From contig CAWCGT010000001.1 of NCBI GenBank assembly GCA_963795165.1, positions 1,538,048 through 1,602,047 of the forward strand: DNA of 64,000 nucleotides, read 5' to 3'. Positions within the stretch are counted from its first letter, which is position 1. Each line of letters opens with the position of its first letter. The position numbers were made by a program, and so were the translations under genes. This document shows, piece by piece, positions 48,967 through 58,688 of this stretch. The notes beneath the pieces were generated by a model. The model saw only the letters and a list, made by a program, of their open reading frames with translations, had not been told where the DNA came from and searched no databases. Origin of the DNA: an uncultured Microthrixaceae bacterium (lineage in GTDB: Bacteria; Actinomycetota; Acidimicrobiia; Acidimicrobiales; VFJN01).

Positions 48967-49517
48967 GCTCCCGCGTCGCCACCGGGCCTCGCCCGGTCCT
49001 GCTGCCTCTCGAGCTCGAGGCGTTCGCCGGTCCGGTCCTCCACCTCCAGCGCGCCGACGAAGTCGACGGCCAGGTGGCGGGGCGGCGGATCGGCGTGGTG
49101 GGCGACCCCGTGGGCATCGCAGGGGTGACGCCCGCCCTGGCGGCGAGCGCCGCCTGCCTCAAGGTGTTCCAGACCGATGGGGCCTGGATCCTCCCGCGAC
49201 TGGGCGGTCCGGCGGCACTGACCACCTGGCTGCCCCGGCTCGCCCCCGTGCAGGTCCGGCGTCGGCTGACGAGACGGATCGCTCGCGCTCACCTGCGCGC
49301 CGGCGTGCCCGACGGGTGGACCCGCCGCCAGCTCACCCCATCCCAACCCCCCTCTCGGAGCAACATCGCCTACAGCAGCACCTTCTACCGAGTGCTGCGC
49401 CACCCCCACGTGGAGCTCGTCACCTGGCCGATCGCCCGGGTGGTGGCCGAGGGAGTCCGCACGGCCGACGGCATCGAGCACCACCTCGACGCGCTCGTCG
49501 TCGTAGAGCCGGGATAG
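48963..49517 (+). CDS. truncated flavin-monooxygenase-like protein (only the NAD(P)-binding middle third)
   Basis: GTG 48963 overlaps the upstream stop (GTGA); 184 aa. GRRIGVVGDPVGIAG...LKVFQTDGAWILPR...VELVTWPIARVVAEGVRTADGIEHHLDALVV resembles residues ~170-350 of FMO/BVMO enzymes. No FAD-binding N-terminus or C-terminal domain is present in any frame. Confidence 0.5.
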   Translation: MSSRVATGPRPVLLPLELEAFAGPVLHLQRADEVDGQVAGRRIGVVGDPVGIAGVTPALAASAACLKVFQTDGAWILPRLGGPAALTTWLPRLAPVQVRRRLTRRIARAHLRAGVPDGWTRRQLTPSQPPSRSNIAYSSTFYRVLRHPHVELVTWPIARVVAEGVRTADGIEHHLDALVVVEPG

Positions 49518-49594
49518 CCCACCGGAGGGTTGCCGGCCGTCTTCGTCGGGAAGGCGGGGGCATCGCTCCTCGACTCCCCACCCCCCGCGGCCCC

Positions 49595-50575
49595 GTGTCG
49601 GGCCTCCTTCTCGACGCCGTCCGCCAGCCGCCTCACCGCATCGCCGCGCCGCTCTTCGAGCTCACGAACCCGCTCGTCGACGACGACCTCCACCTCGCGC
49701 TCTACGTCTGCTACGAGCTGCACTACCGGTCGTTCTCGGGGGTGGACGACGGGTGGGAGTGGGCGCCGTCGCTGCTGGCCCTGCGGGCCCGCCTGGAACG
49801 GGCCTTCGAGGCCGCGCTGCGCGAGGAAGCTCCCGACGTCCGAGTGGACGATCACGCCGACGTCGACAGGGCGCTCGTCGACCTGGCCACCGGCGGGGGC
49901 GACGACCGATCGCTGTCGGCCTTCGTGGCCGACCAGGGCACCCTGGAGCAGGTACGAGAGCTGGCGGCGCACCGCTCCGCCTACCAGCTCAAGGAGGCCG
50001 ACCCCCACACGTGGGCCATCCCCCGGCTCCCCAGCGGAACGGCCAAGGCGGCGCTCGTGGACATCCAGGCCGACGAGTACGGCAACGGTGACCCGGCGTC
50101 CATGCACTCGGCGCTCTTCGCCGACACCATGGCGGCACTCGACCTCGACCCCGCCTACGGCGCCTACCTCGACGACCTGCCAGGCCCGACGCTGGCCACG
50201 GTGAACCTGGTCTCCATGCTCGGCCTGCACCGCCGGCTGCGGGGGGCGCTGGTGGGTCACCTGGCCCTGTTCGAGATGACCTCGGTGGCGCCGATGGGTC
50301 GGTATGCGGCCGCCCTGCGCAGGCTGGGACTGGGCGACAAGGCCTGCCGGTTCTACGACGTGCACGTGGAGGCCGACGCCGTCCACGAGGTGGTGGCTCG
50401 GCAGGACATGGCGGTCGCTCTGGCGCAACAGGACCCGGACCTCGGCCCCGACATCGTGTTCGGCGCCCAGGCCGTCACCGCCGTCGAAGGGCGTTTCTCC
50501 CGTCACGCCCTCGACGCGTGGGCCAACGGCCGCAGCTCCCTGCGGAAGCCAGCCCCGCAGGCCGCCACCGCCTGA
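49595..50575 (+). CDS. iron-containing redox enzyme family protein (heme-oxygenase-like di-iron fold)
   Basis: GTG 49595 (start uncertain) within track ORF 49316..50575. DLHLALYVCYELHYRSF...WEWAPSLL...DIQADEYGNG...FEMTS...VHVEADAVHE matches the HO-like/iron-containing redox enzyme family pattern. Confidence 0.65.
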   Translation: MSGLLLDAVRQPPHRIAAPLFELTNPLVDDDLHLALYVCYELHYRSFSGVDDGWEWAPSLLALRARLERAFEAALREEAPDVRVDDHADVDRALVDLATGGGDDRSLSAFVADQGTLEQVRELAAHRSAYQLKEADPHTWAIPRLPSGTAKAALVDIQADEYGNGDPASMHSALFADTMAALDLDPAYGAYLDDLPGPTLATVNLVSMLGLHRRLRGALVGHLALFEMTSVAPMGRYAAALRRLGLGDKACRFYDVHVEADAVHEVVARQDMAVALAQQDPDLGPDIVFGAQAVTAVEGRFSRHALDAWANGRSSLRKPAPQAATA

Positions 50576-50640
50576 CGCACCAACCCCGGCGCGCCGCCGG
50601 CCCCGACGCCGTCCCAGTGGCCCTGGCTAGCGTCGCTGGC

Positions 50641-52983
50641 ATGGAAGACATCCCCGCCGGCCACCTGTTCCTGGGCGAGGCGGTCGATGCCGACCATGAG
50701 CGCACCGGAGATCGCGTCCTGCTGGAGGCAGCCGACCTCACCACCCACGGGGTGATCGTGGGGATGACCGGCTCCGGAAAGACGGGCCTCGGGGTGGCCC
50801 TGATCGAGGAGGCCCTCCTCCAGGGGATCCCGACGCTGATCCTCGATCCCAAGGGCGACCTGGGCAACCTCCTCCTCGCCTTCCCCGACTTGGCCGCCGA
50901 GTCCTTCGCCCCCTGGGTGGAGGGCGACGACGCCGCGGAGGTGGCCGAGCGGTGGCGGGAGGGCCTGGCTGGCTGGGGCATGGACGGCGACCGCATCCAG
51001 GCCCTGCGGGACGCCGCCACCTTCACCATCTACACGCCGGGCTCCACCAGTGGGGTGGGCCTCGACGTGGTGGGCAGCCTGCAGCGCCCGCCCGAGGGCA
51101 CCGATGCCGAGACCACCGCCGATGAGGTGCAGGGGTTCGTGTCCGGGCTGCTCCGCCTGGTGGGGATCGAGGCCGATCCCCTCGCCAGCCGCGAGCACAT
51201 CCTGCTGGCCAACCTGGTGCAGCACGCCTGGGCCGAAGGTCGCGACCTCGATCTCGCCGGCCTGGTGGGTCAGGTGCAGGCGCCGCCGCTGCGAAAGCTC
51301 GGGGTGTTCGAGCTCGACGAGTTCTTCCCGGCCGACGACCGCACCCAGCTGGCACTGCGGCTGAACGGCTTGCTGGCCTCTCCCGCCTTCGCCGCCTGGG
51401 GCGGTGGCCAGCCGCTGGACATCGACGGGCTCCTCACCCCCGGCGGTGAGGACGAGCCGCCCGGCTGCGCCATCGTCTCGCTGGCCCACCTCTCCGACGA
51501 CGAGCGGCAGTTCGTGGTCACCCTGGTGCTGTCGAAGCTGGTCACCTGGATGCGTCGCCAGCCCGGCACCGACCGGCTCCGGGTGCTCGTGTACTTCGAC
51601 GAGGTGGTGGGCTTCGTCCCACCGACGGCCACGCCCCCGGCCAAGGCCCCGATCCTCACCCTGTTGAAGCAAGCACGGGCCTTCGGCGTGGGGCTGGTCC
51701 TGGCCACCCAGAACCCCGTCGACGTGGACTACAAGGCGCTCTCCAACGCCGGAACCTGGATGATCGGTCGGCTGCAGACCGAGCAGGACAAGGCCCGTCT
51801 CCTCGACGGGCTGGCGTCAGTGACCGGCGGGAGCGATCCCGGCACCACCGGGGACACCATCGCCGGGCTGGAGAAGCGGGAGTTCGTGCTGCGCCAGGCG
51901 GGCCAGTCCGACACCACCACCTTCACCAGCCGCTGGGCGATGTCATACCTGCGGGGTCCCCTCACCCGGGACCAGATCGCCACCCTGATGGCCGACCGGG
52001 CTGGCCCTGCGCCCGTGGCGGCCGCCGAGGCGGAGCCGCCGCTGTCGGATGACGCCACCCCCGTCGTCCCGGCCGTGGCCGACGGCATCCCCGTGCGGTG
52101 GGTCGATCCCGCGGCCGCGTGGATCGCGGAGGCGGACGGGGACGCCACCAGCACCACCTACGCGGCCGCGGTGGCCGCCACCGTCGAGCTCCTCTTCGAC
52201 GAGACCAAGGCCGACCTCCGCCACACTGAGACCGTGGAGGGGATCCTGTACCCGCTGGCCCATCCACCCGACCCGGCCTCGCTGGTCCTGGTCGACCACG
52301 ATCCCCGCGACTTCCGAGAGGCGGCGCCCGACGGCGCCGCCTACCGCCTCCCCGACGCCGCCCTCAGCAAGAAGGCCACCTTCACCGCTCTCAAGCGATC
52401 CATCGTGGAGCACCTGTTGGCCAACCGCTCGCTCACCCTGTCCGCCAACCGGGAGCTCAAGCTCTACAGCCGGCCCGGCGAGACGCCTGACGCCTTCGCC
52501 GCGAGGTGCGAGAAGGCTGCCGATGACGGCGCCGACAAGGCGGCTGCGGCCATGGCCAAGAAGATGGCCGGCCGCATCGACCGGGCGCGCAAGGCCGCGG
52601 CCGCCGCCGACGACCGGGTGGGGCAGGCCGAGGAGGCGAAGTCGAGCAAGACGACCGACGAGCTGGTGAGCGGGGCCGGCGACCTGTTGGGCTCGCTGCT
52701 CGGGGGTCGCGGGGGTGCCCGGTCGATCGCCCGCAAGGTCGGCGGTCTGGCTCGGCGCCGGGGCCGGGCCAGCGAGGCGGCCAAGCGGGTGGAGACAGCC
52801 AGCAATCGAGCGGCCGAGAAGGCCCAGGCGGTGGCGGACCTCGAGGCGGACATGGCCGACGAGCTGGCGACCATCGCGGACGAGTGGGACGCCAAGGCCA
52901 TCGCCATCGAGCCCCTCGAGGTTGGGCTGGAGAAGAGCGACGTCCGAGTCGTCGAGCTCAGCCTGGTGTGGCTGCCCGTCTAG
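50641..52983 (+). CDS. HerA/DUF853-like P-loop ATPase with long C-terminal extension
   Basis: ATG 50641; 780 aa. Walker A GMTGSGKTG followed by LILDPKGDL, Walker B VLVYFDEV, then ATQNPVDVDYKALSNAGTWMIGRL. The last ~300 aa are Ala/Lys/Arg-rich predicted coiled coil with no recognised domain. Confidence 0.7.
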   Translation: MEDIPAGHLFLGEAVDADHERTGDRVLLEAADLTTHGVIVGMTGSGKTGLGVALIEEALLQGIPTLILDPKGDLGNLLLAFPDLAAESFAPWVEGDDAAEVAERWREGLAGWGMDGDRIQALRDAATFTIYTPGSTSGVGLDVVGSLQRPPEGTDAETTADEVQGFVSGLLRLVGIEADPLASREHILLANLVQHAWAEGRDLDLAGLVGQVQAPPLRKLGVFELDEFFPADDRTQLALRLNGLLASPAFAAWGGGQPLDIDGLLTPGGEDEPPGCAIVSLAHLSDDERQFVVTLVLSKLVTWMRRQPGTDRLRVLVYFDEVVGFVPPTATPPAKAPILTLLKQARAFGVGLVLATQNPVDVDYKALSNAGTWMIGRLQTEQDKARLLDGLASVTGGSDPGTTGDTIAGLEKREFVLRQAGQSDTTTFTSRWAMSYLRGPLTRDQIATLMADRAGPAPVAAAEAEPPLSDDATPVVPAVADGIPVRWVDPAAAWIAEADGDATSTTYAAAVAATVELLFDETKADLRHTETVEGILYPLAHPPDPASLVLVDHDPRDFREAAPDGAAYRLPDAALSKKATFTALKRSIVEHLLANRSLTLSANRELKLYSRPGETPDAFAARCEKAADDGADKAAAAMAKKMAGRIDRARKAAAAADDRVGQAEEAKSSKTTDELVSGAGDLLGSLLGGRGGARSIARKVGGLARRRGRASEAAKRVETASNRAAEKAQAVADLEADMADELATIADEWDAKAIAIEPLEVGLEKSDVRVVELSLVWLPV

Positions 52984-53028
52984 CGACGGGCAGCCCAGCG
53001 ACCAGGCGAGCGCTGGCGGTCAGCCGCC

Positions 53029-53487
53029 TCAGGCGTCGATGGTGGCGTGCTGCCGACGGCGGATGCCGACGACGAGCACCGCACCAGCGGCCACCAGCAC
53101 GAGTCCGGCCCGCACCAGCGCACCGGTGTTGCTGGAGCCGGTCTGCGGCAGGGCGGCGCCCCGCTCGACGGTCTTCCCACCGACGACCTCGTCGCAGCCG
53201 CTTGCCGTGACGACGTAGTCAGCCGGGTCGGTGCCGTCCGCGATCTCATAGGTCACGGAGTAGGCGCCGTCGCTGCCCACCGTCGTGGTGGCCACCTCTT
53301 CACCACCGAGGGTGACCACGACCGCGCTGCCGACATCACAGCCCGTGCCCTTGGCCGTCACCGAGGACGAGGGCGGAGGGTCGTAGTCGCCGGCTTCGGC
53401 CGGACCCGCCAGCAGGACCAGGGCCGCCAGCCCGGTCGTCAGGAGCACCAAAGCACGCTTCGTTCCTCGAGCCATTGCAACCGCCAT
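53029..53487 (-). CDS. small LPXTG-anchored surface protein
   Basis: Signal peptide (LVLLTTGLAALVLLAGPAEA), a ~100-aa Ig-like/Thr-rich body, sortase signal LPQTGS, a hydrophobic helix and RRRQ. The start is ATG 53487 or 53475 (the track starts at GTG 53496). Confidence 0.7.
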   Translation of the reverse strand: MAVAMARGTKRALVLLTTGLAALVLLAGPAEAGDYDPPPSSSVTAKGTGCDVGSAVVVTLGGEEVATTTVGSDGAYSVTYEIADGTDPADYVVTASGCDEVVGGKTVERGAALPQTGSSNTGALVRAGLVLVAAGAVLVVGIRRRQHATIDA

Positions 53488-53577
53488 CCTTCGCACGTGT
53501 AGAGAGGATCCTGTTCGGCCAGAAAACTAGCCCATACGGGGCATACGTGGCGAGTCGAACTTTCTCCGTGGTCAAAG

Positions 53578-55821
53578 TCACCCCCCGACCACCCGGATCC
53601 GGGGCCGATCGAGGAGGTCCGCGCCACCAGGACCGCGCACGGTGACGTCCACCTCGCTGCGAGTCGCCAGAGGCTGGCGGAGGACCGTCAGCTCGTAGGC
53701 ACCGGCCGGCACGCGACCGGCCAGAGCAACACGGAGGGTGGTGGACTCGCCCCGACGGACCGTGAGGAACGTGAGGTACCGATGGCGCCCCAGCTCCTCC
53801 TGGCGCTCGAGGGCCACCGGCTGGCCGTCGAGCGTCGCCTCCACCACCTCGTGGGGGGTCCACAGCGACACGAGGGTGCGGTTGGTGCCGTCGGGCAGCC
53901 CGTGGATGTTGGTGGCCACGAACGGAGGCAGCCCGGCCGGCGCCTCGTTCGTGTAGGTCGCGGTGACGACGGAGCGCAGGGTCCCGGAGATCTCGTCCAC
54001 CTCCACCTCGTAGCGGATCGTCTCGTCGAGGTACGCGTCGAGCTTGTTCGGGCCGCCGTTGGCCCGAGCCACCGCCAGCGCATCACCCTGTACCGGAGGC
54101 ATCTCACCGGCCAGGCCGAGCTCGCGCAGCAGCGGCTGCGCCACGGGGTCGAGCGTCCAGAACAGCAGGTGCCGGTCGCGGACGACCGGTCCGAGCACGT
54201 CGGCGATCCGAGAGGGACCCGGCATGTCGCCATCGGTGAGGTCGTCGAAGGTGGCATCGGCCGTGGCGTCGAGGAAGTCGATGCGCTCGGTCCGCTCCGG
54301 GAACCGCAGGTACTGCTCCCGAAGGAGGAACGAGGCGGCGTTGTCGGCGTCCAGCGGCTCGTCGAGGTCGGGGACCTCCACCGGCCCGGTGAGCTCCAGC
54401 AGGGCGGCCAGGGCCAGCGGGTCGACGACGAGCACGCCGTCGATGGCATCCCCGGTTGTCTGCCGGTAGAGGTCGGCCACGCCCCGGGCCACGGTGGGCA
54501 GGTCGGGCGAGCTGGTGACGTTCTGCCAGAACGAACCCTGCTGGGCGCGGACGTAGCGCTCCGGGAAGGAGTCCGGATCGGTGAGGCTGGAGCCGACGGC
54601 CAGGGACGCTTCGTTGAGGTCGGCGGCCCGTCCCGTCTCCTCGAGGTCCAGGCGGCCCTCCTCGGCCCGCAGGATGCCCCAGTTGCCGAGGAACCCGCCC
54701 AGCTCGCGCGTCTCGGCCGGGGAGCTGAACACCACGAAGTAGCGACGGGCTTCGCCTTGGCCGAGCAGGCCCGGGAGGACGTCGAGCACGCGATCGGCGA
54801 AGTCGGCGTCGCGACGGGCATCGATCACCCGGGACGCCACGTCGCGAACGTCGTCGGCGATGTTGGGCAGGAGCCACCGGGTCTCCAAGGCAGCCAGGTC
54901 GCCCTCGACGTCGGCCAGGGTGCCCCGCCCGTCGTCGAGGGGAACCTGCAGATCGGCCACCAGGTCGAGGTCGAGCGCGCCGTCGGAGAGCTGCAGGTCC
55001 TTGGGGTCGGCCACATCGAGGATGTCCTGGGCGGCCTCCACCAACCGGAGCCCCGAGTGCATCCCCACCTCGGCCGCCTCCGCGTGGTGGCCCACCACCG
55101 GGACCAGCCGGGCCGGCGCGGTCCACCACCCGTCGAGCCGATCGTCGGCTCGACGGAAGGCATGGGTGGCGCGCTCCAGGTGCGTCGCCGCCTCCTCCTC
55201 GAATCCCGCGGTGGTGGTGCGGCGCCACTCGGCCGCCTCGCCGGTGCCTCGCCCGATGTCGCCCCAAGCCAGCGCCCCGGCCACCACGAAGGGGGCCGCC
55301 GCCAACGCCAACCCGCCCACCAGCACCCCGCCGGCTCGACGAAGGACGGCCCGCGGGCGCTCGGGGGTCATCCGCCAGCCCCGCACGAGAACCGGCAGGC
55401 AGGCGACGACTGCCAGGCCCGTCGTGAGCCGATCCACCGTCAGCGTCGGCAGACGGAACAGGACCTGCACGGCCATGGCGGTGAGCGCCGCGTCGATGGT
55501 GGGCTGCCACCGCCCCTGGATCGGGGGGCGGAGCGCGCCGGCCATGGCGAGCCCCGCCACCGCCGCCCCGGCCCACGACTCCGTCCACACGCAGACGCCC
55601 GCCGCGGCGGCCGCCGGGAGCACCGGCGCGAGCGGGCCGACCCGAGAGGCGGCGACCACCACCGCCACCCCGGCCAGGACCCGCCACACCACATCGGCGG
55701 CATCGACGGCCGACGGGGCCGCGTCGGCCAGGCCGGCACCGATCGCGGTCACAGCCAGCAGCGCCGCCAGTGCCGCTTCGGGGGCGCCCCAGCTCGGGCG
55801 CGGGGCAGAGGTGGGGCCCAT
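53578..55821 (-). CDS. DUF4012-domain membrane protein
   Basis: 747-aa ORF. Multi-TM N-terminus, then DUF4012-like sequence (RYFVVFSSPAETRELGGFLGNWGILRAEEGRL...VVDPLALAALLELTGPV...GPNKLDAYL). Confidence 0.7.
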   Translation of the reverse strand: MGPTSAPRPSWGAPEAALAALLAVTAIGAGLADAAPSAVDAADVVWRVLAGVAVVVAASRVGPLAPVLPAAAAAGVCVWTESWAGAAVAGLAMAGALRPPIQGRWQPTIDAALTAMAVQVLFRLPTLTVDRLTTGLAVVACLPVLVRGWRMTPERPRAVLRRAGGVLVGGLALAAAPFVVAGALAWGDIGRGTGEAAEWRRTTTAGFEEEAATHLERATHAFRRADDRLDGWWTAPARLVPVVGHHAEAAEVGMHSGLRLVEAAQDILDVADPKDLQLSDGALDLDLVADLQVPLDDGRGTLADVEGDLAALETRWLLPNIADDVRDVASRVIDARRDADFADRVLDVLPGLLGQGEARRYFVVFSSPAETRELGGFLGNWGILRAEEGRLDLEETGRAADLNEASLAVGSSLTDPDSFPERYVRAQQGSFWQNVTSSPDLPTVARGVADLYRQTTGDAIDGVLVVDPLALAALLELTGPVEVPDLDEPLDADNAASFLLREQYLRFPERTERIDFLDATADATFDDLTDGDMPGPSRIADVLGPVVRDRHLLFWTLDPVAQPLLRELGLAGEMPPVQGDALAVARANGGPNKLDAYLDETIRYEVEVDEISGTLRSVVTATYTNEAPAGLPPFVATNIHGLPDGTNRTLVSLWTPHEVVEATLDGQPVALERQEELGRHRYLTFLTVRRGESTTLRVALAGRVPAGAYELTVLRQPLATRSEVDVTVRGPGGADLLDRPRIRVVGG

Positions 55822-55873
55822 GTCGTCCTGAGGCTACTGGGGACCGGATCTGACGACCTGTCAGAATGGCCGC

Positions 55874-57073
55874 GTGCCAGACCACCCCACGCGAGACGAC
55901 ATCGAGCTGTGCAGCGGAGCCTTCTGGGCCGGAGACCACCACGAGGCGCTCACCTGGATGCGAGACAACGCCCCGGTGTACTGGGACGGGACGGTGTGGG
56001 GGGTGACCCGCTATGCCGACCTCAAGGACGCGTCGAGGCGCCCGGAAGAGTTCTCCAACGCCGGTGGGATCCGTCCCGGCTTCGCCCCGCTCCCGATGAT
56101 GATCGACATGGACGACCCTGCCCACTTCCAGCGCCGCAAGCTGGTGAACAAGGGGTTCACGCCCCGGCGGGTGCGTGACAGCGAGCCGGCGGTGCGCCGG
56201 GCCTGCGGCGAGATCGTCGACGCCGTGTGCGAGCGGGGATCGGCCGACCTGGTGGGCGACATCGCCGCCCACCTCCCGATGATCATGATCGGCGACGCGC
56301 TCGGGGTCCGCCCAGAGCACCGAGCCGACCTGCTGCGCTGGTCCGACGACATGGTGAAGGGGCAGGACGCCCACGCCACCCCCGAGCAGCTGGAGGCGGC
56401 CGGCACCGCGTTCGGCGAGTACTGGGCCTACGCCACGGACGTCATCGCCCAACGTCGCGCCGCCCCCGCCGACGACCTGATGAGCGTGCTCGTCCACGCC
56501 GAGGTCGACGGCGATCGCCTGGCCGACGACGAGATCGTGCACGAGTCGCTGTTGATCCTCGTCGGCGGCGACGAGACCACCCGGCACGTGATCAGCGGCG
56601 GGGTGCACCAGCTGCTGCTCGATCGCGTCGCAGTGGGAGGCCCTGCGAACGGACCCCGAGCTGCGGCGTGTCGGCGGTGGAGGAGATGCTGCGGTGGGTG
56701 TCGCCCATCAAGAACATGGTGCGAACCGTCACCCGCGCCACGTCGGCTGGGCGACCAGGACCTCGCCGAGGGCCAGGAGCTCATGCTGCTCTACCCGTCG
56801 GCCAACCGCGACGAGCGCACCTTCGCCGACCCCTTCACCTTCGACGTGGCCCGCTCCCCCAACGAGCACGTGGCCTTCGGGTTCGGCCCCCACTTCTGCT
56901 TGGGGGCCAGCCTGGCCCGGCTGGAGATCGCCGCCATGCTCGACGAGCTGCTCACCCGTCTCCCCGACCTGGATCTCGCCGACCCCGGCTCCTCCCCCGC
57001 CCTCCGTCCCGCCAACTTCATCAGCGGCCTCGAGGAGCTGGCGGTCACCTTCACCCCCGCCCCGCCCACCTGA
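55874..57073 (+). pseudogene. cytochrome P450 with three closely spaced +1 breaks (~56628, ~56668, ~56745) that restore the original frame
   Basis: The track shows one 399-aa ORF, but residues ~252-292 are nonsense (RVAVGGPANGPRAAACRRWRRCC...). The expected SQWEALRTDPEL and SAVEEMLRWVSPIKNMVRTVTRAT (ExxR) lie in the other two phases. The I-helix GGDETT and heme loop FGFGPHFCLGASLA are in the main frame. Confidence 0.8.
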
Positions 57074-57090
57074 CGCCGTCCGGCGCGCCC

Positions 57091-58623
57091 TCAGACCGAC
57101 GTCGGGCGGTCGGACCAGTACCGATCGCGCAGCAGACGGGTGTAGAGCTTGCCGGTGGGGTGCCGGGGAAGCTGGTCCTCGAAGTCGACCGACCGGGGCA
57201 CCTTGAACCCGGCCAGCCGGCGGCGGGCGAACAGCAGCAGGTCCTGCTCCAGCGCCGCCGTGGGCGCATGGCCCTCCACCAGCTCCACCGCCGCCTTCAC
57301 CTGCTCCCCCCACTCCTCGTCGGGGACGCCGAAGACGGCAACGTCGGCCACGGCCGGGTGCTCGATCAGCACTTGCTCGATCTCGGCCGGGTAGATGTTC
57401 ACACCACCGGAGATGATCAGGTTGGCCGCCCGGTCGGAGAGGAAGACGTAGCCGTCGTCGTCGACGTGCCCGATGTCGCCCATGGTGAACGTGCCCGGGG
57501 CCAGGTGGGCGGCGGCTGTCTTCTCGGCGGCCCGGTGGTACTCGAAGACCTCGTCGGTGGTGAGGTTGTGCGTGTAGAGGGTGCCCACCTCGCCGGGCGG
57601 GAGACGGTCGCCGTCGGCGTCGACGGCGAACACCTCGTAGGTGGCGATGGCCTTGCCGACGGTGCCCGGCTTGGTGAGCCAGGCCTCGGAGTCCACCAGG
57701 GTGAACACGCCGCCCTTCGGTGCTCCCCCAGTACTCCGTGAGGACCGGACCCCACCACTCGATCATCCGCTGCTTGGTGGTGGGCGCGATGGGGGCGGCG
57801 CCGTGGAGGACGGTGGCCAGCGACGACGGATCGAAGGTCGCGCGCTCCTCGTCGGGCAGGCGCAGGAGCCGCACGCACATGGTGGGCACCACGTGGCTGT
57901 TGCGGACCGATCGCTCCTCGATGAGGCGCAGGCAGTGCGACTCGTCCCAGCGAGGCATCAGCACCAGCTCGCTGCCGTTGGCGAGGTCGATGGCCGCGAA
58001 GCCGAGGGGGGCGGCGTGGTAGAGCGGTCCGGTCACGAGGTGGGGCCCGAGGCCGTCGAGGCCCAGCACCAGGCCGGCGGCCGCGCCGACGGCGAGCGTC
58101 CGGCCCAGCGAGGGCTGCCGGGTGCGCTTCACTCCCTTGGGCCGTCCCGTGGTGCCCGACGTGTAGAGCATCGTCCCGCCTCCGGGACCATCGAGCGTCG
58201 AAGGGCGAGTCGTCGGGGTGGGCGGCGAGCCGCCTCGAGCTCAGGCCCCGCCACCACCACCGCGACCGAGCGGCGGGCCAGGGCCGCCGCCTGACGGGCC
58301 ACCGCCTCGTGGTCCGGGTCGGTGAGCAGGAGAGCGGCGGCCGAGTCGTCCAGGATGTAGGCGACCTCCTCGGCGGTGAGGTGCCAGTTGACGGCGGTGA
58401 GCCAGGTGCCGGAGTGCTGGGCGGCGACCAGGAGCTCGATGAGCTCCACCCGGTTGCCGATCAGCACGGCGACGTGACCACCCGGCGCCACGCCGCCGTC
58501 GTCGAGCAGCCAGTGCCCGAGCCGGCGGGCCCGGTCGAGCAGCTCGCCGCGCGTCCGGCGCCGGGTGAGGTCGTCGACGGCGGGGGCGTCGGGATCGTCC
58601 GCGACCCGGTCGAGGAAGCTCAT
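57091..58623 (-). pseudogene. acyl-CoA synthetase / AMP-dependent ligase, three +1 breaks (~58230, ~58196, ~57716)
   Basis: Track ORFs 58129..58623(-) (MSFLDRVADDPDAPAV...AGPELEAA), a short third-phase stretch (LAAHPDDSPFDA), 56729..58171(-) (LDGPGGGTMLYTSGTTGRPKGV...YWGSTE) and 57091..57708(-) (GGVFTLVDSEAW...TGKLYTRLLR). Confidence 0.8.
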
Positions 58624-58688
58624 GGGTCGGTGATCCTGGCAGGGATCCGGCGGTCCCGCCTCCGCCCGGCGCGCCGTAGTGTGCGCAG

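Noticed and set aside
50641-55821. HerA-like ATPase plus neighbours as a known anti-phage defence system
   Set aside because: None of the partner genes of known HerA-containing systems (Sir2, DUF4297, nucleases, helicases) are adjacent. The claim is kept only as an open question on the ATPase itself.
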